A stretch of DNA of 64,000 bases from Botryllus schlosseri (lineage: Eukaryota). A program made the position numbers and the translations under genes. Below, piece after piece: positions 1 to 10,974 of the stretch (position 1 is the first letter of the stretch; every line of letters begins with the position of its first letter). Under the pieces are notes generated by a model. It searched no databases. It was not told the DNA's origin and saw only the letters and a program-made list of their open reading frames with translations. Location of the stretch: contig CM119376.1 of the NCBI GenBank assembly GCA_051294905.1, positions 19,282,001 through 19,346,000 of the forward strand, given 5' to 3'.

Positions 1-181
1 AGGTGGATTTGGGAGCGGTATTTCAGTTCCGTGTCCGCCATCGTGTTGGCTACGATACGTATTATAAACGACAGAGTCTTCTCCCATAAGGCGTTGTCAT
101 ACGAGGAATGGAACGAGCCTTGGTGGACGAAGAGCGTGCAGTCTCCGCTGTATCTACCTCTTATCGCGCCCAAGGAAGACG
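1..181 (+). CDS. EXT2: Exostosin-2 exon (gene continues upstream of window)
   Basis: Frame 1 reads RWIWERYFSSVSAIVLATIRIINDRVF...SYEEWNEP...PLYLPLIAP, matching EXT2 ([22 protein letters not shown]...SYEEWNDP). Donor G|GTAAGC at 182. The exon may start at base 3. Confidence 0.93.
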
Positions 182-383
182 GTAAGCCGGATAATAATAT
201 TCGATGTTCTTTTGTGTCACTTGCGCCTGATCGACAATCTTGTCGCATGGCAGACAAGGCTGTATTTCATTTGGAAGCTATGATCTTTGCATACTTTGGT
301 GTCCCAATAGCCTAAATCATGGCTTGGAAAGACCCGGCATGCTTGCCAATTGCCACCGGATGTTTTATCAATTTTGTCTTCAG

Positions 384-585
384 GCTTCACTGCAGTCATT
401 CTCGCTTACGATCGCGTCGAAAGTCTATACCAAGTCATGTCGGGCGTCGACAAAGTCCCGAGTTTGAGAAAAATTATTGTCGTCTGGAATAATCAGCAGA
501 AATCGCCTCCGCCCAAGGAAGAATGGCCGCCGTTGTCAAGGCCCGTCAACGTGATAAGGACTTCCTCTAATAAACTTAGCAACAG
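384..585 (+). CDS. EXT2: Exostosin-2 exon, start of GT64 domain
   Basis: CAG acceptor 381-383; FTAVILAYDRVESL...VPSLRKIIVVWNN...NKLSNR; donor GT at 586; phases 1/2 consistent. Confidence 0.95.
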
Positions 586-1022
586 GTATTTCTCACCTGC
601 CATTATGTTTGGCCGAGTTAGTCACTGGACTTGGACAGTAAAGAAGTACTTCTACTTTTTAGAGGTGCTCCACCACTGGAGCGGTTTTAGTTTTCCACTA
701 TGTCTGGTTTTGCATGAACTGCTTTCAGGCAAAACTGCTCGCTTTAGATTTTGAAAAGTAGAAAGTAACTTTGGGATAAGTTTGCATCGTCTTTATGTGG
801 GATGTGGGCATAAAAACTGGGCGAAATAGTCCCTGTATCACGGCAACTGAATATGTTTTCGATAAATTCACCTACCTGTAGCGTTATAGACATTTTGAGT
901 TAGTCTCTAAGATGCACTTTGCAATTTCGGAAGTAAAAACTTCCGATTTACTGCTGAGTGCTCTTCTGAGTAGAAACCTGTCACGTTTGCAGTGTCAATA
1001 TCAATACAGTTACTGTTTCCAG

Positions 1023-1119
1023 GTTTTTCCCGTACAAAGAGATCGAAACGGAAGCGATTCTGGCCATTGACGACGACATCGTAATGTTGACCTCGGACGA
1101 AATCGAATTCGGATATCAG
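1023..1119 (+). CDS. EXT2: Exostosin-2 exon with DXD motif
   Basis: [32 protein letters not shown]; AG at 1021-1022, GT at 1120. Confidence 0.95.
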
Positions 1120-1177
1120 GTACTCGAGGATTCGTTCATGTCCTCCTGCCAGATTTGCGAGATCTTGTTTTCTGAAG

Positions 1178-1344
1178 GTGTGGAGGGAGTTTCCGGACAG
1201 ACTGGTCGGATTCCCGCCTCGGCTTCACGTGTGGGACGAAAACGGGAATCCGAAATACGAATCGGAATGGAAAAACGACATCTCCATCGTTTTGACGGGG
1301 GCCGCGTTCTATCACAAATACTACAACTATTTGTATTGGAACAA
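1178..1344 (+). CDS. EXT2: Exostosin-2 exon
   Basis: [20 protein letters not shown]...[27 protein letters not shown]; preceded by a 58-bp intron (1120-1177). Confidence 0.95.
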
Positions 1345-1535
1345 GTGGGTGCTTCGTTCTGCTTGCTGTTTTGATTCGTCCCGGTGGTTCCCAACTATCT
1401 GGGGTCTAGCAAAGGTTTTGTGGGGGTCGCGATTATCGATTTTGCCCGACATTAATTGATGGTAGTAGATGTTGGACCTTTTTATTCTAATTCAATTGAA
1501 ATGAGCTATGGACTACCATTTGTCATTTCTGTGAT

Positions 1536-2010
1536 CAGGGTTGTAATGACTCGAGTCACGATTTTTTGATGACTCGAGTCATTTTCTCAAAATATGGAAA
1601 TAACTTGACTCGAGTCAATTTGTGTATTGACTCGACTTGGACTCGAGTTATTGCAGATGACTCGAACTAAGTCATATGACTCGAGATTCAGCCGGCCAAG
1701 ACCGACATTTCATTGTAATTTCGAAGAACAGTAAAGTAACCACTCTATTAGGATTACGTCAATTGGCACTGGTACTTGAAAATGCGACCAGAAACTGATA
1801 AAAGTGAGGAAAATTAGTATATTATGAATGCGAACCATTCGACATCACCAAACAGATTTATAAGAGTGGCCTTAACAAGACTTTAACTGGAAATTGAGCA
1901 GTCAACACAATGACTTGAACTCGGACTTGACTCGGTGGTGAACTGAAAATGACTCGACTTGACTCGAGTCAAAACCGTAAAAGTGAGAATGACTTGTGAC
2001 TCGGAGCTTT
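1536..2010. mobile_element. MITE-like element with many GACTCGAGTC palindromic subrepeats (EXT2 intron)
   Basis: Starts CAGGGTTGTAATGACTCGAGTC; more than 10 GACTCG(A) motifs; related copy at 63491-63696. No TSD resolved and the right end is approximate. Confidence 0.65.
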
Positions 2011-2301
2011 GTGAATGTACCGGCGTACACGTCATTGTCAAACAACGGAATTCTAGCTGGTTGTGGGATTGATACTGCAGGTTTGCACGCATTTGGTAGA
2101 AGCCCACGATAATTTTTCAGCTGTAGATTTTGCTAGCCTATTGTATATTTGTCATTGAGGATAGTTTTAGCAAACAACACATGCGCTATAGTTTTATGTG
2201 TTTTCTGTAGAGCTATTTTAATCTATCACTGGGACGAAATTAAGCAGTACCATATTTAGTATTGCTTGAAGATATTGTCTTACAAAATGCTAATTTTAGA
2301 A

Positions 2302-2505
2302 GACAAGATAGCGTAATGGATAAGCGTCCGGCTTCTTGATCGGTAGGTCATGGGTTCGATCCCCGGCCGGGTCAGACCAAAGACCTGATTAGTAACACTG
2401 GTATCCATGGCTTCTCTGCTTGGCGCTCATGCATTACTGGGAGAGCATGGAGGGGTGGTGCATGACTTAAAAAAGCCGTAAAGGCTATATCTGCACTTCC
2501 TTGTC
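2302..2505 (+). mobile_element. tRNA-derived SINE
   Basis: A box TAGCGTAATGG (2309-2319) and B box GGTTCGATCC (2353-2362), then a non-tRNA body (GTCAGACCAAAGAC...CTGGTATCC...GCTC..GCATT) shared with the copy at 54961-55099. The 3' end is approximate. Confidence 0.8.
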
Positions 2506-2751
2506 CGGCGGCATATGCACATCATGCACTCATGGTATGCATATGCGCAGATCGTGTGTATGTGTATCATGAGTCGGTGTATATGCCGCAAAAACATCAA
2601 GGACAAAAATAAACTACGTCCTTTCCTTTATGTTCCCCTTTCGCTGCAGAGTTACCATTCCACCTGATAATAAACCGTGATTGATGCAAGGTTTCTCTTC
2701 ATTGTAGTAGTCTCCGCTACTGTTATTGAAGAAACCTTTTATTTCGTCTAG

Positions 2752-2937
2752 GATGCCTGCCGGGATTCAAGACTTTGTCGACGATCACATGAACTGCGAA
2801 GACATCGCCATGAATTTCCTGATCAGCAACGCGACCGGGAAAGCCCCGATCAAGGTCACGCCGAGAAAGAAATTCAGATGCCCGGAGTGCCTGACTGGCG
2901 GCAGCCTTTCGCTGGAGCAATCGCACATGGTGGAAAG
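2752..2937 (+). CDS. EXT2: Exostosin-2 exon
   Basis: [46 protein letters not shown]...HMVER; donor GTAAGT at 2938. Confidence 0.95.
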
Positions 2938-4284
2938 GTAAGTGTTTGTGGCGTGGTTATAAGCTGTTGGTGTTCGTATCGGTGACTTTCATGCCTCTCA
3001 TTCATACACACGTTCTGAGTGCACATACATTTCTATCTAACGTGTTTTAAAAGCATTGGAAACAGGAACTAGCGGAGTAGGCAACCAAAAAGGTGATGCA
3101 CCTATTGTTAGTTAATGGTGCGCGCAAGCCGACACTTTACGGAGACATCCATATTTATCACTGATCACTTTGACCAGAGGCCTAGCCGGAATGAAGACTT
3201 GAAGAGGTTAAATTGTTCCAACAATGAATCTCCGTCATAGACACATTGTTACGTTACGAAAATGACGTCACAAAACCTAAAATCTTGAATTTTCGAATTG
3301 ATGGTTTGGGCTGATATGGAAGTGGACATGGAAATGAAATGTCTAAGAATTTCAATCTTTATTGAAGGCTACAATGAATTTTAGTCATAGCCAGCTTTTT
3401 ATTTGAAATTTTGTTTGACTCTGGTTAGTAATTTCGCTCACTTCTGCCCGGCCATGTAGTAGACAGGCAATGTTTGCTTTGGTGACGAGAGCACACAAAC
3501 AAAACCACAAGGCTTTACCGCTCAAACATATTGCTGACGTGACCGCGTACCTATCGCGATAATAGCTACCGCCAATCGACCCATATCTTCACAATCGTAA
3601 CGCGAACCGCATTTTTAACTATTCCCCGTCGAACACGCCGAATATATCATTGCCTGTCGCCATTGCTCGAGATATTTGTCTGAAACACACGCGGGCTGCA
3701 GATTGTATCCAACAGCCATCGAATGTCTGCATCGCACCGTACGTTCAGTTTCTTAATAACTTTTATCGATTCGAAACACCGCAAGAAATGCGATAGAATG
3801 TAATGATAAGAAGGTGTCGAATCTACTTGTAGTAGTCTCAATCAGACACCCACCTTGGCCTAGAACATCTAAATATGAGACATGCACATGCACATTGTAC
3901 ACTGAATGAAAAGTATCGGGCAATATCATAAAACAAGCAATGAAAACGAAGTGGCATGCGTCGTTTGGGGCGAGTCGAAACGTCAGATCGTAGTCCAGTA
4001 ATCTGGAACCCTTAGTAATATTTATTCGGTTCGAGCTACTTGTATTTTGACTTGAATGTGGCAAACTGGGCGTGCTCCAATACCGTCGTATTGCCGGCGA
4101 GACACGATTCCACAGTTAGGTCCAGCACACTTGATGTGATACGATGCGTTTTCCTGTAATTTGTGCTTATTATAATGTGGTTGGACGAGAAGGCCGCTCG
4201 TTTGTTGCACTTGTGTGCTTTTGTGCAGTGACAGCAATGGATCTGATACATGAGACTTTGCTCAGATTTACGCGCTAATTCCAG

Positions 4285-4423
4285 GTCTACGTGCATCAAC
4301 GAATTCATGCGCATGTACGGCAGCCTGCCGCTGAAAACCGTCAATTTCCGAGCCGACCCGCTTCTCTTCATGGACGAATTTCCGGACCGGCTCAAGGCGT
4401 TCCCGAACGTGGGCTCGCTGTGA
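4285..4423 (+). CDS. EXT2: Exostosin-2 terminal coding exon
   Basis: STCINEFMRMYGSLPLKTVNFRADPLLFMDEFPDRLKAFPNVGSL-TGA, matching the EXT2 C-terminus (FPNIGSL). Confidence 0.95.
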
Positions 4424-4629
4424 TCGCGCAGCGCGAGCGACGAAGCGTGTCGTATTACGCCGCCGGTCAATCGTAGACGCGGCGGGAGAGCTCTAATCTG
4501 GCACGCTTATTACTTTGCCTGCTGGACGCAATTTTTTATTGGTTCTTGTAGCAAATCCGGCCTGCTGTTATTATCACTGTTACGCCGTTCGCGGCTCTGA
4601 ATGCGACCAACGTTTGTTTGTGTGTATCC

Positions 4630-4790
4630 CAGAGGCGGTCAGTTAACTAAGTACTTGTACTTTTTTCGGAATACTCAAGTAGGTTTCGCTTACTACGGCT
4701 ATGTTTTATACTACTTCTGTTTATACTTGACAGATTTCTTGGCAAAACTACTTACTTTTTCACTTTGGATTTTGTAAAGTAGGAAGTTGT
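4630..4790. repeat. Dispersed TACTT/AAGTA-rich MITE family fragment
   Basis: CAGAGGCGGTCAG...AAGTACTTGTACT...TACTCAAGTAGGTTTCGC resembles 35970-36115; related pieces near 27345-27538, 42900-43150 and 52370-52530. Confidence 0.55.
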
Positions 4791-4893
4791 TTTAGGGTGT
4801 GTTTGCATGGCTTTTACCGGTGAAATTGTCATACCAACTGGGAAAAATGCCCCTGTAACTCGTTAATTAAATAGTATATTCATATTGAAATGA

Positions 4894-4927
4894 ACCCGAA
4901 TATTTTCGGCTGACACTCGTCAGGGGT
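4894..4927 (-). ncRNA. Minimal type I hammerhead ribozyme (inverted copy)
   Basis: Exact reverse complement of 5022-5055. Confidence 0.78.
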
Positions 4928-5021
4928 AATCGTCAGCAACTAGTAGAGAATTGGAAAGAACATTGTATATCAACAATCGTATACAATGTTCTTTCCAATT
5001 CTCTACTAGTTGCTGACGATT

Positions 5022-5055
5022 ACCCCTGACGAGTGTCAGCCGAAAATATTCGGGT
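5022..5055 (+). ncRNA. Minimal type I hammerhead ribozyme
   Basis: ACCC-CTGACGA-G(TGTCAGC)C-GAAA-ATAT-T-C-GGGT. Intact core CUGANGA/GAAA/UH, G10.1-C11.1 pair, helix I ACCC:GGGT, palindromic helix III AATATT. Predicted cleavage after C5051. Confidence 0.8.
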
Positions 5056-8000
5056 TCATTTCAATATGAATATACTATTTAATTGTATATTGAAGTTCTG
5101 TACCTCCAAGAAGCTCTTCAAGTAACTCGTTAAGTGAAATTGTTTACGAAAATTGCGTCTATTTCAAGTGTCATCGTGAAAAGTACGCGGCCGATCGACC
5201 AATTTTACTTTTTGAAACTGCCCGAGCATTTTTTAGACTGTCATTTTCAATCTGAAATCGGTCTTGGAAATGGATACCTCTACTTGTGATTCTACTTCTA
5301 CCTGGTTCCAACGATGACTATTTTGACCGCCTCTGGTGTTTCCAATTCACTACATTCTACAATACCGCCGAATATTACTGTGGTACATTTGCTAGTTCAC
5401 TGCCTGATGCGATACCTATCGACCAGACGACCCGCGCCTGCTTTGCGTCCAATGTTGTTATTCTTTTTACCGCGAGAGTGCCGTTGGCATGGCGCGTTTC
5501 TGACAGTCTTTTCGTAGAAAGCGTGGTGTTTAGCGGTAAACGCCGCGCAGATGAAAAATTCGCGGCGAGCCCGTTCACGCCTACTCTATGATGAAATTGA
5601 TGCTGTTTGCGGGTAATACTCACGGCTGTTTTCTTGAATTTTGGCTTTCTCTTCCGCTATCAACGTACTGTTACGAAACTGAATTTGAGATAGCTGATGG
5701 CGCATCCTTCAGTCGCGCCAAGTAATGCAATTGAGGTATTCGATGTGACATCTATGTACTACTTTTTCTGAATCATCTTACTGATGAATTTTATAGGCCT
5801 GTAACTGTCTTTGTAATAATCGAATTGGTCAGTAGCAAAACTTTTCCACACGAGGTAATTCAAATACGCAGCGTATCGTAGGCAGGCTGAATACCTCTGC
5901 AGTGTTGGTGCCAACATATTTCTGTATTTGTAGCAAGCTTTAAGCTTCCTTGTTTGTACTAATTTTAGTATTTAAGCCGCGTAATCTCCTTATCAAGTAT
6001 GAACCTATCTATCAGCTTATTAAGTATGAACCTATCTATGATCCTTTCTATCAGCTTCCTTGTAACATATAATATGACACCAGTGCCTCGAAGTTGATAG
6101 GTGCTAATTGGCGGCGTTGGGGGTTGTTGTTTTAATCAGCGCAAACGATATAAACAATTTTATTATAGCCGAACTTCCGTTTTAATCAGTATGCTGCAAA
6201 TACGTACGAATGTCACTTATCAAATAGCTTCGCGACACTTGCGGTCAACTGTACCTTTTTGCACTTTTCAGCATCGCGGTAGTAATACGCTTCTTCACTT
6301 TTATGGCCTAAACGCGTCCTCGATTTTGCTCTTTTTGCCACTTCTAAATTCCATTTTCCTTTCTGTATTCTTGTATACCTGCTGATTGAATTTGACATTG
6401 CGATAATACAGCTTATTGTCTGAGACGTGTTTTGATTCTTGCCGTCATTCCGTTAGCGCCGTCGCGTAGTCGAGAGAATAAACTAAACTACCATAAGAGG
6501 GTCAAGGAATTTCAATATCAGTAAGGAAGTAACCTGGTAATGAGCTCAATGACATTGGTTGAGCCGTGATAAATGTCACGGATTAAATTTTGACAGTCAC
6601 ATGCAGCCCGATAATCTGACGCAAGAGGTGGTGAAACTAGTGTGTATACTGTGTAATTCCAACTTGTTTACAAACATAGACAGACTCGCTGGAGACGACC
6701 TAGTATTGGCAAGGAATTACCAGGCTTGCCCGAACGTGCCCATGCAAGATTCCGTCAAGTGTTTGTAGACCGGGACGGGGTCCGTATCAACACTTCACTT
6801 TGTGGTTACTTTCTAATTGGCAAGCGGCATAGTATGAGGCTATATGAGCAATTGAGCCAGCATGTTATGAGTGCGATTGTTCCAGATTTCGCCAGCTACC
6901 GTATCGGAAAAATTAGTCTTGATAATCAATTTCGAGTGGCAGATAGGATCAGTAACTATTATGACGAATTCGAGTTGTGTCTGCTATCTGGTCTGAATCT
7001 GACTTCAAGATCTGCATATGCCCTGTCTCGCTTCGGGAAGAGGCACCTGTGTGGATTTCTGTAAGGGAGTCGAGTCTGGAATGAAGTGTCTCGAATTCAT
7101 CCTCGGTGCATGCGCAATTGCGCGTTTTGATATGATGCAATTGCTATGACAGCAAAGTTTAATTATCGTGATTCACCGATTGTGTTATTAGAGCCCGTCC
7201 CACAACCGGGAGCCGCTACTGGTCTCGACCATATTCCAGACTTTTGGGTTCTATTCGGCGAAATTGAAAATATTGCAGAGAAGCATTGAACGATGGGCGC
7301 AGGGCATATAGTAATATCGGGCTGTTGAATCATCTCTCGGAACAAATGATTTAATAATATTTAACACCTATCCTATGCGATGTGGCGAAGATTCTTGTTG
7401 TTGGTCGTAATGTGATTACGGTACCAGCGTTAGTGAGTTGCACTGATCTTTCCGAGTATCGTTCGGTTATTCACTTCTACATGTGTCTGTATTGAGTCCA
7501 CCACTTCCGTCAAACCCCTGCTGCGATTTAGCAAAACTGCTAGACTACCAATATATTGTGAATTAGATGCAGGCTGCCGGTTATTGTAAACTGGAAGGAT
7601 TAGCGACTTTAGAGGATATTCAATACGTGAGACTGTCTTTCCGGTTTTACATGATATACGTGTCATCATTTCCTTTGATTTGATTAAACCGGAAATCAAG
7701 TTTACGATCCCCATTATGGCGTGGTAAGTTGTGTATAATTGATTTGTCTCTAAAGACCATGGGTGGAGCGACTGGTAAAGGATTATTTTTACATCCGAGC
7801 CAAAGGTCCTTAGGGGATTTCAAAGAAAGAAAACGAATCGTGGGTAACTTGCTACAAAGTTTGCCATTGTGGCCTGTTTGCTATCAAGATTAAACAACAA
7901 CCAAAAAACTCTCTAGCGCTACTTTTTTCTTGGCATTTTTTCGGTAGTTCATATATAAGTTTTTCATCGACAGGAAATAACTATATTGTCAAAGGTATTG

Positions 8001-10787
8001 GCACAGACGAGTCGGGTTTGGTTTTGAATTACTTCTATAATAATTAGGACTTGGTGGGACCTTTCGTCTCTAAAGGCCTTCAGTGCCACGGGGAGTAACA
8101 TGTTACCTACTTATTTAAGGTCTATTGAAAACCAGGATTGATAAAGCTTCAATTTTGGGGCAAGTATTCACGAATATTCTGTTTTAATATTTTCAGAAGC
8201 ATGACAGTGTTCGCGGCTAGATATAAACGAACAGTCGTACAATTCTAAATGTAGAAGTCAATTCTATACATTGGCGATTTTACGATGAGCATAAATCTAG
8301 CTGAATAAAACGAGAGATGAAAAAGATATCGATATCACGTCACAATGAAACAAAGCGCGCTTGATATTTCCGCATTTTCACGAACAACAAAGAAATAGGA
8401 AAAGTGAAATTATACATTAGCGGTGAGATGCAAAGGGCTGTTCCTAATCCGTGACACTTTCGCTTATTACTGACAAATGGAATTCTATAAGGCTATACCA
8501 CAACTTATTCTCAGAGTCCCGATTCCAGGATATTGACAACAGAAAGGCGTACAATATTGATTCCCTAAATACCAGTCGGCAATATGGTAACGTCGTTATC
8601 ACAGAAAATGTGTTACGGAATGACATATTGATGTTCGATTTGACGTCGACGTTGAACTATTTATCGCATATCAAAAGGAGTTGAATGAGGGAAGCGTTTT
8701 CTATATGCACTTTTGTTGCAAAAATAATAACGCCCATCTTTGTATTCAAACTAGCTGCGTAATGTAAAATACAATGCAGTAAACATTTGCGTTCGGTTAC
8801 TCTGATCGAATTTGATAAAGGACCTACGTACATGGCAAGTGGTGTCAAATTCAATTCAACAACGCCGCTTTATTAGATCTGCATGAGAAGAGTATTGGCA
8901 ATTTCTAATGGATTCGAAAAGACAGCCGATAGGTTATGAATGTATTTGGTAACTTGAAATCCACCATGACAGTTGAAGAACTTTGTATAGGTGGATGTAT
9001 GAGTTACTGCGTATCTTCCGAAGTATTGTATTGATAGCCGCGACTAATAAACCTTTGTCACCTCTGGGCTAAAGCGAATATATATATTTTTTATATACTG
9101 TATATTGAAGTGTTTGAACGGTCGACTGAGAACTTTCTTTACTGGCATAGTAATTGGGATTAGTGAGGGCAGTCAGCATGCGCGTAACTATGTTCATATT
9201 TTCTACATACATTCCAACGTATGCATCTATATTGCAACTATATCTACCATGGCGGTAGGCTTACTAACATAGTCAGTCATCGCTGTAACCAGTCAATCTC
9301 GGAAAAATGAAAGCAAGTTATATTCTATAATCTTTATGACATCCCTACCATATCCTGTATGTATAATTACAAGACATATTTCTGATTAGGCGAGACTATA
9401 CACTAGATGCGCTGCGGAGCTACGACAAGTTGGCTATTGCATAACTGTAGTATTCGTTGGATTGTACGTACATAAGTTAGTTGTTGAAGCATCCCGAAAG
9501 TGCCGAAAACCTACAACCGTATTGTGATAGCCTACGCTTTACGCTTTAATTGTTGGCATGGTTTTCTACGGGTAGAGTAAAGACGAAACAACGTACTTAC
9601 CTGACGCATATCATTGTAAGTCATCATTGACCCTGGTGCAATAGAATAGAGGCCATCAGGTGATGAGCACCTATTTTATTTATTTAAATAGAACAACAAC
9701 TAGGGAATGACTCTTTTACATCATCATCATTATTCCTGCAGCATGACTGAACTTGAACATTGAACAAGTTTCAATGGATGTTATTCACTTTAAATATATC
9801 TGAAACAAAGACGGCGAAATCAACGATCCCGTTCTTTGTGACAAATTCTCTTCTCATAGGCACAAGTACCGAACTTTTACGATATACAATAGGTTACGGA
9901 AAATTAACAAAGTCACAGCAGCAACAACTAAAGACGCAATTAAATTACCCAGATTGTATCAGTGGACTTAGTGATTTTAACAATGCAACAATTATCGACC
10001 TAAACGCAGATATCGCTTCTGGTTTTCCATGAGTTTGTTAGCGACTTTTGACGCGTCAATACTGATATCCGAGAGTAGACAATAGACATCGGGTGATTTG
10101 ACTTTTTCGCAAGCCATACCGCCCGGCGATTCAAGCGGCAAAATCGCCGTGTTCCGTTCGGCACTTCACAGCGTGAATATTTCGCTTGCTTATTCGCATA
10201 TATATTTACAAATAATAGATTTGAGATACGGGAGATATCTGGTATCTTCGACAGCTGTAATGCGGCTATGGAACAGTAGCACGCCCGTCAGCGTCTGACA
10301 GGTAGACTCCGGCGGCCGCAGAAACGAAAAGCGATTTCGAGAGAACGATTTTGCTCGTAAACGATAGTAAATTAGCCGTGGCGCTTTGTTCGAAATTGTA
10401 TGTACGAGTACGACGTACATTTCGCGGCAGACTGCAGACCCGCTAGTTGTTATGTGATTATGGATTTGACTGGCAATCTTTCAGAGTCATCGAGTTATGC
10501 TCTAAAATATCGGCGAATATTACCGGCGCATCTGCGTTAGTGTTCGTTGTATTCGCTTCTGTACAGATGCTCAGCGGAGGAACGAGTAACAGGTGCGACG
10601 TGCGATACCGTCTCCAGTCATTCATATTTTGTAGTTGTTGAGTGGAGCAGTTTTACCCCGCGTAGAGAAAACAATCATGTGTCGTAATATTCGTTCGAAT
10701 CTATCAGGTATTGACCGCAAAGGGCTTTATAATGCATACTCGACCTGAAGGCTTGATTGAGGTTGAAGTATTGATTTTTTATTTCAG

Positions 10788-10815
10788 AAATTAAACAGAT
10801 ATGAACTAGTATAAG
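10788..10815 (+). other. Candidate 28-nt 5'UTR micro-exon of the Dscam-like gene
   Basis: TTTTTTATTTCAG acceptor and AAG|GTATCC donor; a 56-bp intron leads to the TTGTAG acceptor at 10871; contains the uORF ATG AAC TAG. Confidence 0.4.
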
Positions 10816-10901
10816 GTATCCCGTCTTCACGCTAGACGAAGCTCCAATCTTTGGATATACGCGTCTTGTAGATTATTTCCAACATAATCAGGAGCGTAAA
10901 T

Positions 10902-10974
10902 ATGTATCGGAAGGATAGATGTTTCTTGCTCTTCAACGCTGTCATGATGAATGCCTTTTGCATGTTTTATCCGG
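10902..10974 (+). CDS. Dscam: Dscam-like coding exon 1, signal peptide
   Basis: AAAT-ATG; MYRKDRCFLLFNAVMMNAFCMFYP (basic n-region, hydrophobic h-region); phase-1 donor G|GTAAGT joins 19262 in frame to give ...FYPVSS/TTVSI. Confidence 0.75.

Larger units (their letters stand above)
4867..5121. mobile_element. Penelope-like retroelement pseudo-LTR insertion with inverted duplication
   Basis: 12-bp direct repeats GTAACTCGTTAA at 4855-4866 and 5122-5133; perfect inverted arms 4865-4969 and 4980-5084; carries hammerhead motifs; related copies near 18612-18752 and 53265-53350. Confidence 0.8.

Noticed and set aside
2302-2375. Functional tRNA-Arg(TCT) gene
   Set aside because: The anticodon arm pairs poorly with an 8-nt loop, and the sequence continues into a body shared with a second dispersed copy, so it is a SINE head.
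10447-10641. Hydrophobic ORF (ALVFVVFASV) as the signal peptide
   Set aside because: It has no in-frame ATG upstream of the hydrophobic stretch. The 10902 exon has an ATG, a strong donor and the correct phase.
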